NCBI GenBank assembly: GCA_041666845.1
Contig: JBAYGC010000003.1
Location: 25,007 to 89,006 of the forward strand
DNA: 64,000 nucleotides
Origin: Patescibacteria group bacterium
Lineage (GTDB): Bacteria > Patescibacteriota > Patescibacteriia > UM-FILTER-42-10
Direction: 5' to 3'
Both the position numbers and the translations under genes were made by a program. Each line of letters opens with the position of its first letter. The stretch's first letter is position 1. The notes under the pieces were generated by a model. The model made no database searches. It worked only from the letters and a program-made list of their open reading frames with translations, and was not told the DNA's origin. Shown here in pieces: positions 27,503 to 37,186 of this stretch.

Positions 27503-28009
27503 CTAACTGCTTAACTGCCCTTCCAGTATATGAACAGCGGGTGCCGGGTTACCGTCATCTGGTTCCAATGTCAATATAAAATAATCATGGTCCGTTAAAT
27601 CCTGATCTGCACTGAATGTATTCTGATACACATCATTTTCTTTAATCACTTTGCCGGTACTAATAAAGTTCTGGGGCGCATTAATAACGATCCAGCCCTC
27701 ATAATAATCAGTTCCTTCCGGGTCGGGGAGATTCTCAAAGGTTGCCGACAAATTGTATTCACCATTTTCAAAGTTTGCTTTTGCTTCACCAAAACCCGTT
27801 CCCCCACTGATATCAGTGAGTAATCCTGTAAATTTATAAAGCATTTCAACTGCAGTATTTGTATATACATGTTGGACAGTATCAGTATTTGCATTTGAAA
27901 CATTTAATATTGATTCTTCTTTCGGATCATTGCTAATAAATACCCAAGTCAATCCGCTTATAATAATTACCGTGATTGCTACAATAAATATTTTTATGTT
28001 TGAATGCAT
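27503..28009 (-). CDS. secreted/membrane-anchored hypothetical protein
   Basis: N-terminal hydrophobic anchor; 168 aa. Confidence 0.35.
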   Translation of the reverse strand: MHSNIKIFIVAITVIIISGLTWVFISNDPKEESILNVSNANTDTVQHVYTNTAVEMLYKFTGLLTDISGGTGFGEAKANFENGEYNLSATFENLPDPEGTDYYEGWIVINAPQNFISTGKVIKENDVYQNTFSADQDLTDHDYFILTLEPDDGNPAPAVHILEGQLSS

Positions 28010-28037
28010 CTATCGCAAAATTAATAGTTATTATTTG

Positions 28038-29120
28038 CTAAAACCACTTCTTTCTTTTAAAGTAAGCAACCATAGATACGGCAGTAATAATGATGACGAT
28101 CCACACCCCGTGATAACCGTAATGCCAATTAAGCTCCGGCAAATTGCGGAAATTCATGCCGTAAACACCCACTAAAAAAGTTAGCGGGATAAATATAGTG
28201 GAAATGACAGTTAGCACCTTCATAATCGCATTCATCCGGTTGCTGATGCTTGATAAATATATATCAACCATGCCGGACAATACATCGCGATAGGATTCAA
28301 TCGCTTCAATCGCCTGAATAGTATGATCATAAATATCACGGATATAAGGGCGGGTGGTACTTTTTATCAAAGATATTTCCTCACGTTCAAAACGGTTAAC
28401 TACGTCACGGAGTGGCCAGAGCGACCTACGGAGCAACATTGAGTCCTGCTTAATCTTATTCAATTTGTGCAGAGTCTCAGACGTCGGATTTGAAAGTAAT
28501 TCTTCTTCTATTGTTTCAATTCTATTCCCCAATTCTTCCAAAACCGTAAAATAATTGTCGACAATCGCATCCAATAGTTCATATATCAGATAATCACAAC
28601 CCGTTGATCTGATTCTCTTTCCGCCTTCTTTTATATTATTTCTGATAAAACCAAAAACGTCGCCCTCTGTTTCTTGAAATGTCGCCACCAATTCATTTTT
28701 GAATACGAAACTCACCTGCTCAGCATGAATCTCTTTATTGGAATCAAGAATAAACATTTTTACTACAATAAAAATTGTTTCATCATTCAATTCATATTTC
28801 GGGCGCTGGCGGGTATGTAAAACATCCTGAACCAGTAAATGATTCAGTTCAAATTCCTGGCCGATTTTGTTTATTTTTTGTACATCACGCAATCCAGTTA
28901 CATTAATCCAATTGCAGTATTTACTTTTAATAGAAGTATCAAGTTTTTCCAAATCCTCAACATATTCTTGAAAATAGTTTTCCTCATTATAAGAAATCAA
29001 CTCGACCTTAGTTTGAGTTGTTTCCTCATGCGGATGCGCAATCAAAACCCCCTCCGCGTGATCTGACTTTTTTATTGATCTCTGAAAAAATTTGGTTGGC
29101 GATATTTGTGATAATTTCAT
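28038..29120 (-). CDS. corA: magnesium/cobalt transporter CorA
   Basis: C-terminal two TM helices with the YGMNF (GMN) signature; 360 aa. Confidence 0.85.
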   Translation of the reverse strand: MKLSQISPTKFFQRSIKKSDHAEGVLIAHPHEETTQTKVELISYNEENYFQEYVEDLEKLDTSIKSKYCNWINVTGLRDVQKINKIGQEFELNHLLVQDVLHTRQRPKYELNDETIFIVVKMFILDSNKEIHAEQVSFVFKNELVATFQETEGDVFGFIRNNIKEGGKRIRSTGCDYLIYELLDAIVDNYFTVLEELGNRIETIEEELLSNPTSETLHKLNKIKQDSMLLRRSLWPLRDVVNRFEREEISLIKSTTRPYIRDIYDHTIQAIEAIESYRDVLSGMVDIYLSSISNRMNAIMKVLTVISTIFIPLTFLVGVYGMNFRNLPELNWHYGYHGVWIVIIITAVSMVAYFKRKKWF

Positions 29121-29280
29121 AAAACAATATTATTATTTACTATTATTTCACTATATATCTATTATACACCATTAATCGCATACTAAAAAACGAGATTTAC
29201 CTTGCTTTAAACCATTAAAAACCGAAAAACTAGGAAGTATTAACATTCCGGATAAGGAATAATCCTTGGTTCAAAATTAA

Positions 29281-31182
29281 TTATGTATTATAGGGGATTA
29301 TTGGTGGCTCGTATATTCTAGGAACCTTCTGCTTTAAATCACAATATTCGTTCACAAAGCCGTCACAGTCATCGTCGTATGGGGTGATGCATAATTCTCT
29401 GGCACCCGGGTTTACAGAACTCAAAGTATCGTCACAATCCGGTCCTAAAGTACAATCTGATCCATAACCGTCTAAATCATTGTCAACACAATGTTTTTCA
29501 TCAATCTGCCAATCACAATCATCGTCTAAATTATTATCTAATTCCGCAGCTCCCGGATAAACGTTAGCAGGATTTATGTAGTTACAGCTTAATGGCGCGA
29601 TTTTCCCTATGTTTATATCGTGATTTTCATCTATATCCACCCGCTTAAAATAAATATTACCCATCGAAACATAAGCAATAATGTCGAAGCCATCGCTGAT
29701 GTGCAACATTTCAGTGGCATACATATATGGGTCGGCAAGATCGATATTTCTCGATGCGGACCAACTTCCAGATTCAAGATCAGTCGTGTAGCTATATTTG
29801 ATCGAATCAACAGTCTGGTCTGGGCCGGAAGTCCAAACTAAATAGTAATAGTCATCTTTTTTGAAAATATGAGCCGACTCTGCCTTACCTCTGCCACCGG
29901 TAACACTTATCGGACCTAAATCTGTCCAGTCAATTAAATTACTTGATTTAGCTAAACCGATAACCATTTGATAAGTAAACGGGGTTGGCACAGTAGAATA
30001 AACCATATAGTAATATCCGTCATCATCCTTGAATACAAAGGGGTCTCTACATTGGTGACGCCAATCCCCTGATTCACCCCAGGCTGTCCAACTCAGATTA
30101 CAATCCCAGACACAACCATCACCAGTTGAATCATCACAATTATTGATCGGGTATCTGGTCCAAGTATTCAGATCTGAGGATGTCGCAATGCCGATTCTTT
30201 CCTTGTGCTCAGCCGGATCCGGAAGCGCATCAGTCACTCCGGTATAGAACATATAATACTTGTTGTCTTGATTATTATAAACAACTGATGGCGCCCAGAC
30301 ATGCTGATTATCCCAACCACCGCTAGTGGCAATGTTCAAAATCCCGGTTGCACTATTCCAATAATTCAGATTATTTCCTGATGCTTTTTGATAACCAAAG
30401 TCCATTGAATTAGCAGCGCAGGTTTGCCATAACGCACAACCAATCTCAGGGAATCTTATGTAATAACTATGTAAATAATTAGTCATACTATCATAATAAA
30501 TGGCAAAATCTTGAGCAAGATAACTTGGCGGGTTAAGCAAAAATGAGTTGTATGTCGAACAATATTCACCATTTAAAGAATTATAAAATTCTTTAGTATC
30601 ATTACAGTCCTGGCCAGGATCTGAATTATAACTTACAGGTAAACTGCCATTGGTACAAAGCTCAGAAGAGATATTAGTAGAAAAACCATCACCGTCCAAT
30701 TCGGAATAACCGATCATACTATACCAAGCAGAACTATCATAGTCATTACAGTCGTCGCCAATTTCTGCTGAATATCCAGAAGGCAAATCTTCACCAGAAC
30801 AAATATTTGTTAATAACTCAGTTGAAGAATAGTGACTGTCGCTATCTCTGTCCGGAAAACCAATCAAGATTCTCCAGATTTCTGGGTTAGCATCATCACA
30901 ATCATTACCATCATATAAACAACCATTGATTATGCCGCTATAAGGATATTCCCCGCGACCATCTCCATCCAGATCATCACACAAGACTGAAACTGACAAT
31001 TGCTCATTTAATATATTATTATCAGAAATACAGATATTAACTGCAGGGGTAGTCACATTTATTTCTGGATTTACAATTGCCAAAGCAAAGCCAGCAAAAT
31101 AAAAAATCGCCAACATCAAGGCGACAAAAACTGAAGTCCTCATCCATAAATTAATATAGTTTATATCTTTATATTTATTCAT
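29281..31182 (-). CDS. secreted protein with MopE-like Cys/Asp metal-binding motifs flanking a 5-bladed beta-propeller glycoside-hydrolase-like domain (GH43/GH32 clan-like)
   Basis: Signal/TM; repeats D-C-D-D-x-N-P-x-x-W / DGDG-x-G; WAPSVVY..YYMFYTGV, RDPFVFKDDDGYYYMVYST blocks reminiscent of GH-J/F propellers. Confidence 0.4.
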   Translation of the reverse strand: MNKYKDINYINLWMRTSVFVALMLAIFYFAGFALAIVNPEINVTTPAVNICISDNNILNEQLSVSVLCDDLDGDGRGEYPYSGIINGCLYDGNDCDDANPEIWRILIGFPDRDSDSHYSSTELLTNICSGEDLPSGYSAEIGDDCNDYDSSAWYSMIGYSELDGDGFSTNISSELCTNGSLPVSYNSDPGQDCNDTKEFYNSLNGEYCSTYNSFLLNPPSYLAQDFAIYYDSMTNYLHSYYIRFPEIGCALWQTCAANSMDFGYQKASGNNLNYWNSATGILNIATSGGWDNQHVWAPSVVYNNQDNKYYMFYTGVTDALPDPAEHKERIGIATSSDLNTWTRYPINNCDDSTGDGCVWDCNLSWTAWGESGDWRHQCRDPFVFKDDDGYYYMVYSTVPTPFTYQMVIGLAKSSNLIDWTDLGPISVTGGRGKAESAHIFKKDDYYYLVWTSGPDQTVDSIKYSYTTDLESGSWSASRNIDLADPYMYATEMLHISDGFDIIAYVSMGNIYFKRVDIDENHDINIGKIAPLSCNYINPANVYPGAAELDNNLDDDCDWQIDEKHCVDNDLDGYGSDCTLGPDCDDTLSSVNPGARELCITPYDDDCDGFVNEYCDLKQKVPRIYEPPIIPYNT

Positions 31183-31248
31183 GTTAATAAACTGGCCAGA
31201 TTATTTTAATCAACATTATTTTTGAACCAGCACATTTTACAAATGCTC

Positions 31249-31322
31249 TGGCGGGGGTGGAAGGTATCGAACCCTCGTCTCAGGTTTTGGAGACCTACAT
31301 TCTACCATTGAACTACACCCCC
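31249..31322 (-). tRNA. tRNA-Trp (anticodon CCA)
   Basis: GGGGGTG-TA-GTTC-AATGGTA-GAAT-G-TAGGT-CTCCAAA-ACCTG-AGAC-GAGGG-TTCGATA-CCTTC-CACCCCC-G-CCA; 74 nt. Confidence 0.85.
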
Positions 31323-31419
31323 ATTAGCCAAATTTTATTTTCTCTAAGTAACTGGGAAATGAAGTAATTCGGATTCTACCATTGCCACCGCCTTCGGCGG
31401 AAACGACACCCCCAACATT

Positions 31420-31551
31420 CTATTTGGTTTCCTTATGGACAGTATGTTTTTTGCACCATTTGCAATGCTTCTTGATCTCAAGTCTTTCCTTAAGAGTTTT
31501 TTTGTTCTTTTTGGAATGATAATTAATGCGCTTGCATTCTGTACATTCCAT
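31420..31551 (-). CDS. rpmG: 50S ribosomal protein L33 (43 aa)
   Basis: Translates to [43 protein letters not shown]; matches the L33 consensus (ECTECK..NY...KN.....LEL.KYC..C.KHT.HKE.K). Below the ORF-track length cut-off. Confidence 0.8.
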   Translation of the reverse strand: MECTECKRINYHSKKNKKTLKERLEIKKHCKWCKKHTVHKETK

Positions 31552-31619
31552 TTTTATTAGATTATCTTGTGACATCTGTATTTTCTAATATGATTAATTA
31601 ATTTATATATGAAGATCTA

Positions 31620-31736
31620 CCGAGCAAATCAGGAGCGCACCCAGGCAGTTGCGAAGCAAATGCATCGGGGAGCACAGATTTGCAAAGAATAATGGGGCCC
31701 CCAAAAAACGCACAGCGGTTTTTGGGGAAAGGGGCA
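31620..31736 (+). repeat. tRNA-associated repeat RptA, copy 3 (between tRNA-Thr(UGU) and the rpmG promoter)
   Basis: CCGAGCAAATCAGGAGCGCACCCAGGCAGTTGCgaaGCAAaTGCatcggggagcacagatttgcaaag..GGGGCCCCCAAAAAAcgcacagcggTTTTTGGGGAAAGGGGCA. Confidence 0.55.
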
Positions 31737-31801
31737 CAAATGCGGAAGGCGGAGTGAATGCAAATTTTGCATGCACGTAGCCTGAAGCATTTGATGACCC
31801 G

Positions 31802-31876
31802 TGGAGCCGAGAAGAGGATTCGAACCCCCGACCTGCTGTTTACAAAACAGCTGCTCTACCACTGAGCTATCTCGGC
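31802..31876 (-). tRNA. tRNA-Thr (anticodon UGU)
   Basis: GCCGAGA-TA-GCTC-AGTGGTA-GAGC-A-GCTGT-TTTGTAA-ACAGC-..TTCGAAT..-TCTCGGC-T-CCA; 75 nt. Confidence 0.8.
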
Positions 31877-31924
31877 ATCATTGGCGGGCAAAACAGATGC
31901 TCTGCCAGCTGAACTAGGTGGTCA

Positions 31925-32010
31925 TGGTGGGCCGGGAGGGATTCGAACCCCCGAAGGCTAAAGCCAACAGATTTACAGTCTGTCCCGTTTGACCGCTTCG
32001 GTACCGACCC
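31925..32010 (-). tRNA. tRNA-Tyr (anticodon GUA), long variable arm
   Basis: 86 nt; anticodon stem ACAGA/TCTGT with loop CTGTAAA; variable arm TTGGCTTTAGCCTTC; T-loop TTCGAAT; acceptor GGGTCGG/CCGGCCC. Confidence 0.8.
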
Positions 32011-32034
32011 ATGCATAGTTTTAACGAACCCAAA

Positions 32035-32151
32035 CCGAGCAAATCAGGGGCACACCCGGGCAGTTGCGAAGCAACTGCATCGGGGAGCACGGATTTCAAA
32101 ACAATAATGGAGCCCCCAAAAATCGCACAGCGGTTTTTGGGGAAAGGGGCA
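32035..32151 (+). repeat. tRNA-associated repeat RptA, copy 4 (between tRNA-Thr(GGU) and tRNA-Tyr); contains perfect hairpin GCAGTTGC-gaa-GCAACTGC (32061-32079)
   Basis: CCGAGCAAATCAGGGGCACACCCGGGCAGTTGCGAAGCAACTGCATCGGGGAGCACGGATTTCAAAACAATAATGGAGCCCCCAAAAATCGCACAGCGGTTTTTGGGGAAAGGGGCA. Confidence 0.55.
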
Positions 32152-32174
32152 TCCCGCTGAGCGGGAATGACCCG

Positions 32175-32250
32175 TGGAGCCCACCATCGGATTTGAACCG
32201 ATGACCTTTCCCTTACCATGGGAGTGCTCTACCAGCTGAGCTAGGTGGGC
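32175..32250 (-). tRNA. tRNA-Thr (anticodon GGU)
   Basis: GCCCACC-TA-GCTC-AGCTGGTA-GAGC-A-CTCCC-ATGGTAA-GGGAA-AGGTC-ATCGG-TTCAAAT-CCGAT-GGTGGGC-T-CCA; 76 nt. Confidence 0.85.
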
Positions 32251-32258
32251 ATGATATT

Positions 32259-33047
32259 TTAAATATGCATTTCCGAAATCTGCTTTTCCATCTCAGCCAG
32301 TTTCTGATTCTCGGGATTTACTCGTTTAAGCGTTCTAAAAGTCTCCTGAGCAGTGTATTTGTCTTTAGAGAGTATACTGATTTCAATCAAATAGTCAAGA
32401 TACTTGGGATTATTGGGATCCAGTTTGACCGCCTTTTTCACATACATTTTTGCTTTCTCCAAATCCCCTATTTCTTTATATACCATACCCAGGTCATGAT
32501 GCGTCAGACTGTTTTTTTCATCTAGCTTCAGCGCGTGTTGCAGAGCTTCAATCGCATGCTCATAATCCTTCTGCCCAGTATAAGTCTTACCCAGATTATC
32601 ATACGCAGAAATATTCATATGATCCATGCTGATTACCTGGATAAATTTCTTTTCAGCCTGGGCATATTCCTCTTCTTTGATCAATTTTTCTCCTTCTGAC
32701 ATCAGTACCAGCACTTTTTGCTGGTTAGTCGCCGATTTGTCGCTTTTTGACTGAGATTTTTCCTGATAATTTTTTTCCAGCTCGAGTGCTTTACGGTAGA
32801 TAAACCGGAAGAAACTACCTATGATTTTGATTAACGGTCTTACCACAATCATTATTTTATCGCGCAGCCACTCAAATTTTCTGCGCAACCGCATTTCAAT
32901 GATATCATCCTTCTTTTGATCCAATCGCTCCTGTGGAACAGTATCCACGTCAATCGTCGCCAGAATAGAGAACTTCTTAAAAATAATCACCAATAACACT
33001 ACTGAACTTACTACCACGAGAACAAGTGCTGTAATGTCTAAAATCAT
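32259..33047 (-). CDS. membrane-anchored tetratricopeptide-repeat (TPR) protein
   Basis: N-terminal TM; C-terminal TPR-like repeats (YDNLGKTYTGQKDYEHAIEALQHALKLDEKNSLTHHDLGMVYKEIGDLEKAKMYVKKAVKLDPNN). Confidence 0.55.
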   Translation of the reverse strand: MILDITALVLVVVSSVVLLVIIFKKFSILATIDVDTVPQERLDQKKDDIIEMRLRRKFEWLRDKIMIVVRPLIKIIGSFFRFIYRKALELEKNYQEKSQSKSDKSATNQQKVLVLMSEGEKLIKEEEYAQAEKKFIQVISMDHMNISAYDNLGKTYTGQKDYEHAIEALQHALKLDEKNSLTHHDLGMVYKEIGDLEKAKMYVKKAVKLDPNNPKYLDYLIEISILSKDKYTAQETFRTLKRVNPENQKLAEMEKQISEMHI

Positions 33048-33064
33048 TCTGGTTTAGTGACTTT

Positions 33065-33862
33065 TTAAATCGAGTACCTAATGAATTTCTCTATTACTAT
33101 CTCCTCGCCTGATTTAGCGCTTTCTTTTATCAAATCTTCAATCGTCTTCTTTTCATCTTGAAAAAAATGTTGTTTTAACAGGCACACTTCTGAATAATAC
33201 TTGTTCATTTTTCCTTCAACAATCTTTGCCATAACATTCTCAGGTTTATTTTCACCGGCAAGTTGTTCTTTGTAGATTTCCATCTCTTTTTGTTTCTCAT
33301 CTTCGGGAACATCGTTCGGAGAAAGATAAGGAGGATTCATTGCCGCAACCTGCATTGCGATACTGTGAGCTAGTTGTTCATCACCACTGGATAGAACAAT
33401 AATACTGGCAACCTTTTTGTTGATATGTAAGTAGCTATCTATTACATTACCTTCAATAATCTCAAATTTACCAAGCTGTAAATTCTCACCGACTTTAACG
33501 ATCAGGTTGTTTCTAATTTCATCCATCGCCCAGGATTCAAAGGAAGCTAAATCTGTGGTTAACAATTTTTTCGCCAGTGCATCAGCAGCAGCAATAAAGT
33601 CAGCATTGCGGGCTACAAAATCCGTCTCACAATACAGTTCAACAACGGCTATTTTATTTCCTTCGCGGGAAAATGCGATAACACCTTCTTTGGCCTCCCT
33701 GTCCTGTTTTTTTATCGATATCTTATCACCTTTTTTTCTTAGAAGTTCTATTGCCTTCTCCATATCCCCTTCCGCTTCTTTCAGCACTTCCTTTGCATCC
33801 ATAATTCCGGCACCGGTTTTTTCTCTTAGTTCTTTAATAAGTTCTAATGTTACTTCTGCCAT
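33065..33862 (-). CDS. tsf: translation elongation factor Ts
   Basis: N-terminal UBA-like ELREKTGAGIMDAKEVLKEAEGDMEKAIELLRKKG signature. Confidence 0.9.
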   Translation of the reverse strand: MAEVTLELIKELREKTGAGIMDAKEVLKEAEGDMEKAIELLRKKGDKISIKKQDREAKEGVIAFSREGNKIAVVELYCETDFVARNADFIAAADALAKKLLTTDLASFESWAMDEIRNNLIVKVGENLQLGKFEIIEGNVIDSYLHINKKVASIIVLSSGDEQLAHSIAMQVAAMNPPYLSPNDVPEDEKQKEMEIYKEQLAGENKPENVMAKIVEGKMNKYYSEVCLLKQHFFQDEKKTIEDLIKESAKSGEEIVIEKFIRYSI

Positions 33863-33893
33863 TATTTTGATTATTCAATATTAATTTCATTTA

Positions 33894-34634
33894 CTATTTC
33901 TTCGCCACAGGAATTGGCTTTGATGCTTTTTCCGCTACCGCGCCTTTTTCTCTCATCGTTTTACCCTCTGCGACTGCTTCGGCAATTAGACTGGTAATCA
34001 GTTCGATTGACTTGGTCGCATCGTCATTTCCCGGTATCGGATATTTGATGATGGAAGGATTAGTATTCGTATCGGTAATCGCGATTAAAGGAATTTTTTT
34101 CTTGATTGATTCTTTTACCGCTGTTTTCTCATCTTTAATATCTATAACATACACTGCTGACGGCAAAACATTCATATTCTTCATTCCTCCGACTAATTTC
34201 TCCAGTTTTTCAATTTCTTTGGTAAAATCCAGTTTCTCTTTCTTTGTGTATTTATCCAATTCACCTGATGCAGCCTGCCCTTCAAGCTTGATCAGTCTTT
34301 TTTGCAATTTGGAAACGTTGGCAAAGTTGGTAAACAAACCACCCAACCACCGCTCAGTAATAAAAGGCATGCCAACCGCTTGGGCATGTCTCTTTACAAT
34401 TTCTTTGGCCTGGCGTTTTGTTCCGACAAACAGGATGCTACCACCCTTCATAACTGTGTTGCGGACATACTCCCGAGCAATATTCAGGTGCTCAAGTGTC
34501 TTTTCCAGGTTAATAATATGCACCCCGTTTCGGACCGTGAAAATGTACGGTTCCATCTTGGGATGCCGACGCGACTTCTGATGCCCAAAATGGACACCAT
34601 TCTTGAGTAATTCAAGTACTTCTACCTCTTTCAT
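33894..34634 (-). CDS. rpsB: 30S ribosomal protein S2
   Basis: VHFGHQKSRRHPKM..IFTVRNGVHIINLEKT.. S2 signature. ORF extends to 34736, but the conserved N-terminus begins at MKEVEVLELLKNGVHFGH (ATG 34634). Confidence 0.85.
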   Translation of the reverse strand: MKEVEVLELLKNGVHFGHQKSRRHPKMEPYIFTVRNGVHIINLEKTLEHLNIAREYVRNTVMKGGSILFVGTKRQAKEIVKRHAQAVGMPFITERWLGGLFTNFANVSKLQKRLIKLEGQAASGELDKYTKKEKLDFTKEIEKLEKLVGGMKNMNVLPSAVYVIDIKDEKTAVKESIKKKIPLIAITDTNTNPSIIKYPIPGNDDATKSIELITSLIAEAVAEGKTMREKGAVAEKASKPIPVAKK

Positions 34635-34922
34635 CGTATTTGCCTTTCTTTCCTCTACTCTTCCATATTCTAGGCCTATAAATCCGTCCTGCGTATGCCT
34701 GACGGACAAGGGTAGGCTTAGGGCTAAAACGGCCAAATTCAGCTGTTTTAGGCCAAAAAGAGTATGTGAGATTACTTATTAATAAAGCGTAACAATAATA
34801 GCCTAAAAGCCCAAATAAAGCAAGTCATAGCACTTTTATAAAGCAAATGACCCGATATTTGCATAATATCAGGGTTTCTGGTAGGATAAAGCCGAGTTTA
34901 AGTAAATATCTATTAAAAAACA

Positions 34923-35204
34923 ATGAAAAAAGAAGGTCATCCGAAATACTATCCTGACGCAACTGTGACATGCGCATGTGGTAATACATTCACCGCCGGT
35001 TCAACCGTAAAGGAAATTAAGGTGGAAATTTGTGCTTCCTGCCATCCGTTTTATACCGGAAAGCAGAAGTTTATCGATACTGCGCGCAGAGTTGACCGTT
35101 TCAAACGTATTCAGGAAAAATCTGACGCTTTGAAAGCAAAAGCGCCCAAGAAAAAAGTTAAGGCAAAGAAAAAAAATACAGCGGAAAAACGGGATAAAAA
35201 ATAA
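34923..35204 (+). CDS. rpmE: 50S ribosomal protein L31 (with Lys-rich C-terminal tail)
   Basis: [10 protein letters not shown]..Cx[16 protein letters not shown]31 zinc-ribbon signature. Confidence 0.85.
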   Translation: MKKEGHPKYYPDATVTCACGNTFTAGSTVKEIKVEICASCHPFYTGKQKFIDTARRVDRFKRIQEKSDALKAKAPKKKVKAKKKNTAEKRDKK

Positions 35205-35268
35205 CTACTTTAACTTGCTCCCTATTTATTATTATTAAGAATAGGGAGCATTTTATTTAAAATTTAAA

Positions 35269-36339
35269 ATGGAAGAAAAAATCAAACAACTTACCGACCG
35301 TTTCGACGAATTAGAGCGGACCTTACAGGATCCGAATCTTGCTAATGACAATAATAAGTTGCAGTCGGTTGCCAAGGAATATAATGATTTAAAAGATACA
35401 ATTATCTTAACCAGAAAACTGAAGGAACTGCAAAAAGCTTACGAGGAAAACGAGGAGTTGATTAAAAATAACGACGAGCCGGAACTACTGCAGATCGCCG
35501 AAGAAGAGCGTTTGGAATTAAAGAAACAACTTGATGAAATAGAAAAGGAGCTTTCACTGGCGCTGCTGCCGAAAGATCCGATGGACGAAAAAGATATTAT
35601 TGTGGAAATCAGAGCCGGCGCCGGCGGTGATGAAGCTGCGCTGTTTGCCGGTGATCTATTCAGAATGTATTCGCGCTATGCTGAGAGAAAAGGATTCAAA
35701 ACACAGCTGATGAACGCCAACCGCAATGAAATCGGCGGGTTTAAGGAAATTGTATTTGAAATTATCGGTTCGCACGTTTACAGCGACCTGAAATATGAAA
35801 GCGGCGTACATCGAGTGCAGCGCATACCGGATACTGAAAAGAACGGTCGGGTACACACCTCAACCGCCACAGTCGCAATCCTGCCTGAGGCGGAAGATGT
35901 TGATATCGAAATCAAACCGGAAGATTTGCGCATCGATGTTTACCGATCATCCGGTAACGGCGGTCAGAGCGTTAACACTACCGATTCCGCAGTCCGCATC
36001 ACGCACATTCCTACCGACACAGTAGTTACCTGTCAGGATGAAAAATCGCAGATCAAAAATAAGGACAAGGCAATGAAAGTCTTAAGAGCCCGTTTGTTAA
36101 AAGTGAAAGAAGATGCGGAAAGCAAAAAACGCGGCGATGCAAGGCGGTCGCAAATCGGTAGCGGTGACCGGGCGGAAAAAATAAGAACATATAATATCCC
36201 CCAGGATCGGATTACCGACCACCGCATCAAACAGAGCTGGCATGAGATCAACTCCATACTTGACGGCGACATTGCTGAAATAATCGAAAGTTTGAGAAAC
36301 GAAGATCATAAAAGACTGCTGGAACATGCAAATAATTAA
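35269..36339 (+). CDS. prfA: peptide chain release factor 1
   Basis: GGQ motif ([24 protein letters not shown]) and RF1-type recognition loop ([17 protein letters not shown], PxT position). Confidence 0.85.
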   Translation: MEEKIKQLTDRFDELERTLQDPNLANDNNKLQSVAKEYNDLKDTIILTRKLKELQKAYEENEELIKNNDEPELLQIAEEERLELKKQLDEIEKELSLALLPKDPMDEKDIIVEIRAGAGGDEAALFAGDLFRMYSRYAERKGFKTQLMNANRNEIGGFKEIVFEIIGSHVYSDLKYESGVHRVQRIPDTEKNGRVHTSTATVAILPEAEDVDIEIKPEDLRIDVYRSSGNGGQSVNTTDSAVRITHIPTDTVVTCQDEKSQIKNKDKAMKVLRARLLKVKEDAESKKRGDARRSQIGSGDRAEKIRTYNIPQDRITDHRIKQSWHEINSILDGDIAEIIESLRNEDHKRLLEHANN

Positions 36340-37156
36340 CTGGCAAAGAGAAGCTACTCAAGAATTAGTAAATCATTCCATTACTTCTGCCACGCTTGAT
36401 GCAGAAGTTTTGTTATCATTTGTATTAAAAAAGCCTAAAGAATATATTTTAAGCCATCCGGAAATCATTCTGACACAAAAACAGCAGACGACTTTGGACA
36501 AGTTAATCAAAAGAAGAACCGAATTAGAACCGGTTGCCTATCTGACGAATAATAAAGAATTTTACGGTTTAGATTTTTATGTGGATAAAAATGTATTAAT
36601 CCCCCGCCCGGAGACAGAACTACTGGTAGAAACAGTACTAAAAGAAATAAAAAATGATTTAACAATTACAATAGCGGATATTGGGACCGGATCCGGCTGT
36701 ATCGCCATCGCTATCGCAAAAAATCTTCCGCAAGCAAAAATAATCGCTGTAGATATTTCAAACCCCGCGCTGACTGTAGCCAAGAAAAACGCAAAAAAAT
36801 ACGGCGTGAAGAAACAAATCCGCTTTGTGTGCGGAGATTTATTAAAAAAACTGAACGATCCGGTAGATATTATTATCGCAAATCTTCCATACGTACCAAA
36901 AAACGAAGCAAAAAAAGAAATATCTTTTGAGCCAAAAGAAGCTTTGTTCGGCGAAAATGACGGAATGGAGTTTTTGGAAAAAATAATCACACAGTCAAAA
37001 ACCAAGCTAAATGAAAACGGTGTGATACTACTTGAAATTCACCCGCCTCAAGCGGATAAAATAAGTTCATTTGCCAGGAATACATTTCCAGATGCAGATA
37101 TTATTATACTAAAAGATCTGGCCAATAAAGAAAGGATCCTATCAATTAAATTGTAG
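36326..37156 (+). CDS. prmC: release-factor glutamine N5-methyltransferase PrmC/HemK
   Basis: SAM motif [12 protein letters not shown] and NLPY (NPPY-type) catalytic motif; follows prfA as usual. Confidence 0.8.
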   Translation: MQIINWQREATQELVNHSITSATLDAEVLLSFVLKKPKEYILSHPEIILTQKQQTTLDKLIKRRTELEPVAYLTNNKEFYGLDFYVDKNVLIPRPETELLVETVLKEIKNDLTITIADIGTGSGCIAIAIAKNLPQAKIIAVDISNPALTVAKKNAKKYGVKKQIRFVCGDLLKKLNDPVDIIIANLPYVPKNEAKKEISFEPKEALFGENDGMEFLEKIITQSKTKLNENGVILLEIHPPQADKISSFARNTFPDADIIILKDLANKERILSIKL

Positions 37157-37186
37157 AATCCTTTCGCCTATTTTCTTTACAAATAT

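Noticed and set aside
34635-34736. N-terminal 34-aa extension of S2 (MAVLALSLPLSVRHTQDGFIGLEYGRVEERKANT)
   Set aside because: It is not conserved in S2 proteins and the region contains hairpins. The start at MKEVEV is preferred.
35269-36339. Possible stop-codon reassignment (CPR code 25) suggested by RF1 having PDT instead of PAT/PVT
   Set aside because: TGA clearly functions as a stop at the HTH/doc ATGA overlap. No conserved gene here requires read-through of TGA. The middle residue of PxT is variable, so the standard code is assumed.
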